Source of the DNA: Macrostomum lignano
Lineage: Eukaryota
Direction of reading: 5' to 3'
NCBI GenBank assembly: GCA_002269645.1
Contig: NIVC01002387.1
Span: 62,001-126,000 of the forward strand
Length of the DNA: 64,000 nucleotides
In this document: positions 1-9,468 of the stretch, piece after piece
Layout of the letters: every line of letters starts with the position of its first letter
Numbering within the stretch: position 1 is the stretch's first letter
Notes under the pieces: model-generated
Databases searched by the model: none
Told to the model about the DNA's origin: nothing
What the model saw: only the letters and a program-made list of their open reading frames with translations
Position numbers and translations under genes: made by a program

Positions 1-1477
1 TTATAGGTTGAGATTTAATCTTCTTTGCTACTGAACTAAAAGTACATGTAAAAAACTGTTTTACTGAGTATATATACCTGAGCGGCTCATCTAGTTATTT
101 TAGTATCTGTGGCCTGACGAGGCTGATACATTTGTTTGTTTGATTTATCGGAGCATACAACACAACAACAAAATACGCTGTCATGATGGTAAAAGTCAGC
201 GTCACAGGGCGCGCTTCATGGCTTGGGCGCGAACAAAGGCCGCGCCACCGGCAGTGTCCGGGGCGCCGGCGTCAGCCAGCAGACAGTCGACATAACGCCG
301 AGTTCGCGCTTGACCTCGCCGGTAGGGTGCCTGCAGCGTGAGCAGCAGCACCTCCTGCACCGGCTGTGGGCAGTACGACTCGGCGCGGATGAGATAGCCT
401 GCGAGCTGGAGTCGCTGGAGCATACAAGCATGACATTTTTATTGAATTTCGATAAGACGTCTGCCTCAATCTGTCATGCTGGCTGTCAAAGTTAACAGAA
501 AACCGGCAGGTACACTGCGCAATACTCGCCAACTCTGACTGAGTTTAGTGTAAATAATTGGGATGGATTGAATTCATCTGATCAGGTCGTGTTGCTGCAT
601 CAATGATGTAGCATGAGCAGGATCCGGTAAAGTCTGGTGAATGGCAAATGTAAGTCGCAAGTTAGAATTGGAACAAGCATCTGTTAGACTCAGCAAGATA
701 CTCGTATTTCCGAAATCATCAAAGATTAAAGTCGCCGCAAATACTCGTACGAGTACATTTATTACGAGCTCGCACAAAAAACTTGGGATTATCTAACAAG
801 TTTGAGCACACGATCTTTTAAGTCTTTAAGAAACACCTCTAGAAATCTTGCTTAGCCATGTTCATGGGCTACACTCGGGGAAACATGGCTTATGTCGAAG
901 AACTAGCAGAATCACCCATGAATACCGTAGGAAAGTGTCTGCCCAAGATTTTCAAAAAGATGGCTCCTACGAGTTCTATATCCTGCAGTCCGTCGAACCC
1001 TTTCTTATTGTGACCGAAATCCAATAATCTTTATCTACCGAGACCGTGACTGAGTCAATGTCTTTGATCTGGTATGTGGAGGACTGGAAGTCCAATTGAA
1101 ACAGACAGATGCCGGTCCTATAAGTTACACCCAGCATAAAGAACATAAGACGGATTATCGGTGTCGAATTACCTGAATAATTTAGCTCGTATCTTCTTTG
1201 CAGCTAACGCAAACTGGTTAAAAACTATATCGATTCCATTCAGGTCAATTAGTTCTGCATTGCCGGCAGCAGAATTTCGCATTGGTTGGGAGCACTCCTA
1301 TACCCGAACTGGCAAGTTGTGCAGGAGACTGCTCAAGGTGTTCGGAGATTGGTTAAGGACCTATACCAGCTGCTTAAAATAAGCTAGCAGAAACTAAGAA
1401 AGCAAACCCAAGATACGGAACGACACCAGCTGTTTAATTTATTGTTGTTGATTTCAACCAAGCAAGGCCCAACAGCT

Positions 1478-3008
1478 ATGGCGCAACCAGGCATGTAAGT
1501 CGTACAATGTGGATTTTACAAATCACATCTTGCTGGCGATTTACTCGGGTAGTTTTATTTAAAAAGACTTGCAACAAATTGCAATTGCAATTGATCGTTT
1601 TGAAAGCTGAAAATTATGTCAAAGAACCGAAAAGCTGCTTGTACGAGAGCCAGTTCAGTTGGAAAGTACACTTAACTGTACGAATAAGATTAGCCAATTC
1701 GCTATGAGTCGATAGAGGCATACCTTGTCATGCAATGACTGCAAGGAACAGCCATCAATAAGTTGCTTAGATCAGCGCCAGCTGAAGTAAAAGCAACTAA
1801 GCCTATAAGTTATCAATTGCAAACTTAGAGCAGAAATCTGCATTGCAGACTAATTAAACGAAAAAACAAAATCTACCTCGTGCTACAGGCTAATCAGTGT
1901 CAGCTTTGCCATCCTGGTTTTGATGCTAGTGACAAATGGCACTCACGGACTATTCAATGAGGACAAGAAAGGCTACTACTGGCCTGGCATGTGGAACTTC
2001 AGGAACGCTGACAAGAGAGGCTACTACTGGCCTGGCATGTGGAACTTCAGGAACGCTGACAAGAGAGGCTACTACTGGCCTGGCATGTGGAACTTCAGGA
2101 ACGCTGACAAGAGAGGCTACTACTGGCCTGGCATGTGGAACTTCAGGAACGCGGACGACAAGAGAGGCTACTACTGGCCTGGCATGTGGAACTTCAGGAA
2201 CGCGGACGACAAGAGAGGCTACTACTGGCCTGGCATGTGGAACTTCAGGAACGCTGACAAGAGAGGCTACTACTGGCCTGGCATGTGGAACTTCAGGAAC
2301 GCGGACGACAAGAGAGGCTACTACTGGCCTGGCATGTGGAACTTCAGGAACGCTGACAAGAGAGGCTACTACTGGCCTGGCATGTGGAACTTCAGGAACG
2401 CTGACAAGAGAGGCTACTACTGGCCTGGCATGTGGAACTTCAGGAACGCTGACAAGAGAGGCTACTACTGGCCTGGCATGTGGAACTTCAGGAACGCGGA
2501 CGACAAGAGAGGCTACTACTGGCCTGGCATGTGGAACTTCAGGAACGCGGACGACAAGAGAGGCTACTACTGGCCTGGCATGTGGAACTTCAGGAACGCT
2601 GACAAGAGAGGCTACTACTGGCCTGGCATGTGGAACTTCAGGAACGCTGACAAGAGAGGCTACTACTGGCCTGGCATGTGGAACTTCAGGAACGCGGACG
2701 ACAAGAGAGGCTACTACTGGCCTGGCATGTGGAACTTCAGGAACGCGGACGACAAGAGAGGCTACTACTGGCCTGGCATGTGGAACTTCAGGAACGCGGA
2801 CGACAAGAGAGGCTACTACTGGCCTGGCATGTGGAACTTCAGGAACGCTGACAAGAGAGGCTACTACTGGCCTGGCATGTGGAACTTCAGGAACGCTGAC
2901 AAGAGAGGCTACTACTGGCCTGGCATGTGGAACTTCAGGAACGCTGACAAGAGAGGCTACTACTGGCCTGGCATGTGGAACTTCCATTACGATTCTCTGT
3001 ACATCTGA
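1478..3008 (+). CDS. Secreted multi-copy peptide precursor (prepro-neuropeptide/pheromone-like), 378 aa, exons 1478-1494 and 1889-3008
   Basis: ATG GCG CAA CCA GGC AT|gtaagt (donor 1495) splices in phase to ctacag|G CTA ATC (acceptor 1888). This gives MAQPGMLISVSFAILVLMLVTNGTHG, a hydrophobic signal peptide with a small-residue cleavage site. It is followed by LFNEDKK, 20 x GYYWPGMWNFRNAD(D)KR and a terminal GYYWPGMWNFHYDSLYI*. Dibasic convertase sites flank every copy. Confidence 0.9.
1971..2984 (+). repeat. Coding tandem repeat, 48/51 bp units (12 x 48 bp, 8 x 51 bp, plus a partial last unit)
   Basis: Units are identical except GCT GAC versus GCG GAC GAC. Order: AAABBABAAABBAABBBAAA plus a terminal partial copy. 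Confidence 0.95.
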
Positions 3009-4467
3009 GGCGGAGGTGCAACAAATGCTACCCAATGTGACAGCTGGTTTTGCATAAATCTGTATGCCGAAGGAAGACGACCTGATTAAATAAGGTTGAA
3101 TGTGATGCACACTTAACAAGATTTTAATAGGAAAATATACAATATATTCATGCCATCTATATGACAGTCAGTCAAGCAATCTAAAAGAACTTGATCATCT
3201 CTTTTGATCATAATGTCATCATTATATGTGAGAAGCAAACCTACTATTGAAGTACTGATATGAGCAGGTAAAAGTACAAATCCATCAATAATTTTCAGAC
3301 TAAAAAAACCATTTCGATCTACTGAAAAAATCGCGCAAAAAACGAAAACAGCCGACTGACTGACTTGATTGATCAGCAATGCAGTCCGCGCATTGCAGGC
3401 TCTACTGACACCTTGACAGCTTCTGCGCCGGCCCGTCCGCTAGCTGTGCTGAATTATTAATTATAGCGAATAAATACAGTGTCTAAATGCTTGCAATCTA
3501 TCAATTAAAACGCGCGGGAAAGCATAAATGAAACACAATCAGTAATGTCTTGCAATTGAATGAGCAGCCGCAGTTATAGTTCGGCCTAGAGCTCGCTGGA
3601 TTGACAATCAAGATCGAATCGAACGATTCGAGACTCGAATAAGAAACGGCCAGGAACCGGACGAAAGGAGGCCAGTATAAACAGGTAAACTTGGCTGTTG
3701 AGCAGAGCAAATCGAACTTCAGTGTTCAGAAGACGGCGTAGTAAAAAGCCAATGAAATTGGCAAGATCAATAAAGGTCGAATCGATAAAGGCAATTAACA
3801 GCTGCCAACCTGAGGTAGTGAGAGACTGAAAGCCCTGCTAATCCAAATCCGTACTTCGAGTATATAATAAAAGAAGAAAAAATTGAAAACAAAACGTGTG
3901 CCTCTTAAGTAAAATTTGCACACCGTAATCAGTTGATCAGAGACAATTCCGAAAATAAAAATATGCTAATAATTGTAGTAATAGTAGTAGTTAATGCACA
4001 GGAGCTAGAAATTTGACTTTCCACATTGAAGAATGTATTTGGTTAGCATGATGGGATAGAGAGTTAATTTTTATGAACAAACCGGTACACAGCAGTGCAG
4101 ATCGCAACAATGCGCAGGCTTGCTACTGTAAGTAGATTATATATAATTTCAAGTGCTGCATTTCCGCGAACTTTGCTATGCAAATACGACTACAAAGAAT
4201 AATGTAATAAGCAAATATAATTTTGCACAACTTTGCGCTCGCATATTGCTACTTAAATTTTTGAATTCTTAAGTAGTATCAATAGTATACACGTAGGATT
4301 CGTGCAATCAAACGAGGCCTGTAACTTATTTATATAGATAAGTATTTTAGCTGCTTATTAATAAAATAAAAGGTGACGACAGAAAACAAATAGGCATCAT
4401 ACTTGTACAAACCAATTCGGAGGCATAACGCAATGCTCAACTCAGAACTGTACGTGGGCCAGGCCAG

Positions 4468-5376
4468 CTACTGGCCATTGGTTTCGGATTTGGCGGCATT
4501 GCCAGAGACCGCAGCAGCAGCTACAGCAGTCGTCGAGTTCACCGACGGCGCCAAAGCCGCAGCGGACGAAGCGGCTGCGCTGCCCGAACCGCCAGTTGAA
4601 GCAGCAGCAGCAACAGGAGCAGCGGCAGAAGAAGCCGAACTCGGCGAGCCGAACAGCAGCAGATCGTGCTCATCGCGACAGTGCACCAGCAGCTCCCAGG
4701 CGGAGGCGAAGCCGGCACCGCAGTAGCTGCAGTCCATGCCAACTGGCTCGCCAGTCTGCAGACAGCGGCACACCAGGCGCAGCCGGCAGCCGGCCTGCTT
4801 GTGCGCGCTCAGCTTCTCCAGGCTGGGCAGCAGCTCCTTGCAGTTGCCGCACACCAGCAGGTCTTTCACTGTCGGATCGTTCAGCGTCGGCCGTTTCTCC
4901 GGCTGCACCTCCGGCACCGGGTTGGACGGCTTCACCAGCGACACCAGATTGCTGGCCTTGCGGGCCATCATCGAACCGGACGAAGACGAGTTCAACGATG
5001 GCACAGAGGACGTTGTTGACGAGGTCAGATCCTGTCTGGCCCGCTTGATGGCTGGCTGGCCGGACATGCTGCCCCCGCTGGTGCCGCGACGCATCTTCGG
5101 CTCGCTGGCGATGTTGGCGTCGATGCGCATGCCGTGGTACACCTGGCCGTCCTCGCCCTGCACGGCGGCCCGGGCCGACCATTCCTCGGCGAATTGAACG
5201 AAGCCGAAGCCTTTGTGCACCGAGATGCCCAGCACAGTGCCGTAGCGGCAGAATCGCTGCTCCAGTTCGTTGCGGCTCATCTGGGCGGTGTTTAAATTGC
5301 CAACGAATACGCGAGACCGCTGCGACTGCGGATCCTGGGCGCTGGTCAGAGTGCCGCTGTTGTCCATGGCCGGCAT
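4468..5376 (-). CDS. hnRNP C/RALY-like RRM protein with C-terminal BCL11-like C2HC and C2H2 zinc fingers, 302 aa, intronless
   Basis: SRVFVGNLNT...SVHKGFGFVQF...IDANIASEPK matches the RNP2/RNP1 pattern of the hnRNP C family. DLLVCGNCKELL...HKQAGC and CSYCGAGFASAWELLVHCRDEH resemble the first two BCL11A/B fingers. An acceptor-like ttgttag lies just upstream of the ATG. Confidence 0.85.
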   Translation of the reverse strand: MPAMDNSGTLTSAQDPQSQRSRVFVGNLNTAQMSRNELEQRFCRYGTVLGISVHKGFGFVQFAEEWSARAAVQGEDGQVYHGMRIDANIASEPKMRRGTSGGSMSGQPAIKRARQDLTSSTTSSVPSLNSSSSGSMMARKASNLVSLVKPSNPVPEVQPEKRPTLNDPTVKDLLVCGNCKELLPSLEKLSAHKQAGCRLRLVCRCLQTGEPVGMDCSYCGAGFASAWELLVHCRDEHDLLLFGSPSSASSAAAPVAAAASTGGSGSAAASSAAALAPSVNSTTAVAAAAVSGNAAKSETNGQ

Positions 5377-5629
5377 GGAGGGATGGGAACGCGAGGAAGG
5401 CTAACAAGCTAGTTACTAGTAGTTAACTAATTAACTGTAAGGACATGGGGGCAGCGGCGGCATCGGTGGAATAGTTGCTTAGGGTATTTATTCAATGGTT
5501 ATGGAAAGGGTATTCTAGTGGTATCAAATGGGTATTATTGAGGTATCGAATGATATCCCGGGGGAATTGAAGGGTATGCTTGGGTTATCGGAGGGTATTC
5601 TTGGGGTTGTCGGAGGGAAGGTAATCTTG

Positions 5630-6540
5630 ATGGGCATTAGAGGGTATTCTTGAGGGGCATTGGAGGGTATTCTTGAGGGGCATTGGAGGGTATTCTTGAC
5701 AGGCATTGGAGGGTTTTCTTGAGGGGCATTAGAGGGTATTCTTGACGGGCATTGGAAAGTATTCTTGACAGGCATTGGAGGGTTTTCTTGAGGGGCATTA
5801 GAGGGTATTCTTGACGGGCATTAGAGGGTATTCTTGACAGGCATTGGAGAGTATTCTTGAGGGGCATTAGAGGGTATTCTTGACGGGCATTGGAATGTAT
5901 TCTTGACGGACATTAGAGGGTATTCTTGACGGGCATTAGAGAGTATTCTTGAGGGGCATTAGAGGGTATTCTTGACGGGCATTGGAGGGTATTCTTGACG
6001 GACATTAGAGGGTATTCTTGACGGGCATTAGAGGGTATTCTTGACGGACATTAGAGGGTATTCTTGAGGGGCATTAGAGGGTATTCTTGACGGGCATTAG
6101 AGGGTATTCTTGAAGGAAATTGGAGGGTATTCTTGAGGGGCATTAGAGGGTAATCTTGACGGGCATTAGAGGGTATTCTTGAGGGGCATTAGAAGGTATT
6201 CTTGAGGGGCATTAGAGGGTAATCTTGACGGGCATTAGAGGGTATTCTTGACGGGCATTGGAGGGTATTCTTGAGGGGCATTAGAGGGTATTTTTGACGG
6301 GCATTGGAGGGTATTCTTAATGGACATTAGAGGGTATTCTTGAGGGGCATTAGAGGGTATTCTTGAGGCGCATTAGAGGGTATTCTTGAGGGGCATTAGA
6401 GGGTATTCTTGAGGGGCATTGGGGGGTATTATTGAGGGGCATTGGAGGGTATTCTTGACGGACATTAGAGGGTATTCTTGACCAGCATTGGAGGGTATTC
6501 TTGACGGGAATTGGAGAGCATTCTTGAGGGGCACGGGAGG
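5630..6540. repeat. Minisatellite, 23 bp unit (gggcattagagggtattcttgac/g), about 40 copies
   Basis: Period read directly from the sequence; it produces the spurious MPLKNTLQ ORFs. Confidence 0.92.
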
Positions 6541-6844
6541 GTATGCAAGGATATCCTAGCAGGGGTATCTAAAGGTATATTTATGGGTATCGAAGGCTCT
6601 CGTAGAGGACCAAAAGCCAACGGATGTCCACAAACTCTAACCTCGCATTCTTCAATCAAAAGCTAATCAAATATTTACAATCGCTTAAAGTCAAAGGAAA
6701 ACAAACAAAAACAAAAGAGAAATATTCCAAACGAAAGCATGCTAAAGCAATGAACAATGCATTTTTGACTGTATATTTCAATCGCTTTCTCAAATATTGT
6801 CTCCCAGTTTTCATCATCCTTTCAGCAGACTCCAAGCCAGTTGC

Positions 6845-7222
6845 TCAGGCCTTCACCGCGAACCGGCGCATTGGGAAAGCGCGCGCCTTTCTCTGCTGCT
6901 TGGCGCTAGTGGCGCCGGCCTCGCGCGGCGTCAGAGCGCGACGTAGAGCGCGAGTCTTCTTCGGCCTGAGATCCTTAGGCAGCTGCTTAGCATTCTTGTG
7001 AAATCGGCGCAGATGCTCCTTCTGCTGCTGGTGCGTGACCGTGTGCACCCTGGCGATGGACTTGCGCACCAGCCGGATCTGCGCCAGCTTGGAGGCGGCG
7101 CCGCCGGTCACCTTGGCAACGCGCAGAGTGGACAGTTCCTGCTTGAGATCGGTGAGCTGCTTCTCAAGCTCAGACTTGGTTTTGGCGCGCAGCTTCTTGG
7201 CTGATTCCCTTTTGTTGACCAT
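6845..7222 (-). CDS. RPL35: 60S ribosomal protein L35 (uL29), intronless, 125 aa
   Basis: [30 protein letters not shown] and the C-terminal AVKA are diagnostic of eukaryotic L35. The ORF is intact and of the expected length. Confidence 0.95.
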   Translation of the reverse strand: MVNKRESAKKLRAKTKSELEKQLTDLKQELSTLRVAKVTGGAASKLAQIRLVRKSIARVHTVTHQQQKEHLRRFHKNAKQLPKDLRPKKTRALRRALTPREAGATSAKQQRKARAFPMRRFAVKA

Positions 7223-7257
7223 GGCGACGTGGCATAGGGTGATGCAGACGGATAAAA

Positions 7258-8120
7258 TGGGATTCGAGCTATAAACTGGGATTTTTAAATTGGGATTCGA
7301 GCTTTGAACTGGGATTTTTAAATTGGGATTCGAGCTTTGAACTGGGATTTTTAAATTGGGATTCGAGCTTTGAACTGGGATCTTTAAATTGGGATTCGAG
7401 CTTTGAACTGGGATTTTTAAATTGGGATTCGAGCTTTGAACTGGGATTTGTAAATTGGGATTCGAGCTTTGAACTGGGATTTTTAAATTGGGATTCGAGC
7501 TTTGAACTGGGATTTGTAAATTGGGATTCGAGCTTTGAACTGGGATTTTTAAATTGGGATTCGAGCTTTGAACTGGGATTTTTAAATTGGGATTCGAGCT
7601 TTGAACTGGGATCTTTAAATTGGGATTCGAGCTTTGAACTGGGATCTTTAAATTGGGATTCGAGCTTTGAACTGGGATTTGTAAATTGGGATTCGAGCTA
7701 TGAACTGGGATTCGAAATATGAACTGGGATTCGAGCTATGAACTGGGATTCGAAATATGAACTGGGATACGAGCTATGAGCTGGGATTCGAGCTATGAAC
7801 TGGGATTCGAGCTTTGAACTGGGATTGGGATGCGGGCTATGAACAGGGATTTTAGCTATGAATTGGGATTAGAGCTATGAACTGGGATTTTCAAACTGGG
7901 ATTTGAGTTATGAACTGGGATTTTCAAATTGGGATTAGAGCTATGAGCTGGGATTTTCAAACTGGGATTCGAGCTATGAGCTGGGATTTTCAAACTGGGA
8001 TTCGAGCTATGAGCTGGGATTTTCAAATTGGAATTTGAGCTATGAACTGGGATTTTCAAACTGGGATTCGAGCTATGAGCTGGGATTTTCAAACTGGGAT
8101 TCGAGCTATGAACAGGGATT
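7258..8120. repeat. Minisatellite, 33 bp unit (aactgggatttttaaattgggattcgagctttg) made of two related 16-17 bp halves and decaying to monomers
   Basis: Period seen directly; the array abuts the 5' end of RPL35. Confidence 0.9.
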
Positions 8121-8675
8121 TTCACTCTGATTTTTTCAAAAATTAACACAAGCAAAAGTACATTGTTGAAGAGTAGTATGTGAGCACGTTAACAGATTAT
8201 TTTTATTTGTCGAATCAATTGTCAAGCAAGCAAGAAGTGTTACGAAGGGTCAGTTATTCAATATGGTAGTTAGAATAATCCATTTATATTAAATAGAAGG
8301 AAAAGACGAAACGAAAAAGAAAGAGACAGTGGGGTAGTTGGTGCTGTGAACAGTTATAGCAGGCAGTTTCATCATAACAGAGTTAGAAGACAAAATGAGT
8401 AACAGAAATAAACATACAACAAAGGCCGCTAAACAAAATGAAAATTCGTAATAGTTTATAGCCAGCAAATCTTAGTTATATATGTGGGGAAAGATATTCT
8501 ATACTTAAATACTCGTATATCAAGTGACAATAGCTGGTCTACTATCTAGCAGAGGTAATTTTGAAAGCATTTAAACACCGTAATGCCAAGAAGCATTCCA
8601 TGTTTACGAATAATTGTTGTTAAAGGAGCCAGCTTGGTGCATTTAAATTTATCTCCCGAGGACTTTCTCCTGGAA

Positions 8676-9180
8676 GGGGGGTCAATTGACCCCTTTTGAC
8701 ACCAGCTCCTGGATACGCCTCTTTTACAAGGTAGAACAACCATTAAAAAAACGATTGGATTTTTTTTCTTGGGGTCAACTGAACCTCCAGGCTTCATCAG
8801 ATGGGGGGTCAACTGACCCTCCGACCTTCCCAGATGAGGGGTCAACTGACCCTCTGACTTTCAGGGGGGGTCAACTGACCCTCCGACTTTCCCGGATGGG
8901 GGTCAACTGACCCTCTGACTTTCCTGGATGGGGGTCAACTGACCCTCTGACTTTCCCGGATGGGGGGTCAACTGACCCTCCCGACTTTCCCGGATGGGGG
9001 TCAACTGACCCTCCGACTTTCCCGGATGGGGGGTCAACTGACCCTCCCGACTTTCCCGGATGGGGGTCAACTGACCCTCCGACTTTCCTGGATGGGGGGG
9101 TCAACTGACCCTCCGACTTTCCTGGATGGGGGGTCAACTGACCCTCCCGACTTTCCCGGATGGGGGTCAACTGACCCTTG
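8676..9180. repeat. Minisatellite, about 32-33 bp unit with an internal inverted repeat GGGTCA-ac-TGACCC
   Basis: About 13 copies of gggggtcaactgaccctccgactttcccggat. The first copy has the perfect palindrome gggtcaattgaccc. Confidence 0.9.
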
Positions 9181-9468
9181 TTGACCCTACTCGAGAGACT
9201 ACGGGAAAAAACTTTGCGATTCGCTAATAATCAAATCGAAGTCTGAAAATTTTCACTGAAATCCCTAAGCAGATGGTCTACTTTAATTTCGCCACTTGTA
9301 TTCCTAACTAGCCGAGCAGCATGTAAATCATAATAAAAATTATAAAGCTACAATTGAAACACAATGGCACAATAATGAGGTCTAGAATTGGGTTAACCAT
9401 CAGGGTACAGTAATGCGTGAAAAGTCGCATAGCAACAGATAATGGTTTATATATTAATCTAAATCCCA

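Noticed and set aside
202-495. GC-rich short ORFs on both strands (73-90 aa)
   Set aside because: Coding-like composition, but no recognisable motif and no convincing splice sites, so I cannot assign strand or product.
800-1400. Possible decayed Penelope-like RT (MFMGY, YVEEL words)
   Set aside because: Only isolated word-level resemblances across several broken frames; needs a tBLASTn or HMM hit.
1936-3119. Overlapping 373 aa (+) and 389 aa (-) ORFs across the peptide repeat
   Set aside because: They follow from the stop-free repeat unit; only the GYYW frame has a spliced signal peptide and dibasic sites.
8676-9180. CRISPR-like array (palindromic repeats)
   Set aside because: The intervening sequences are near-identical rather than unique spacers, there are no cas genes, and the context is eukaryotic.
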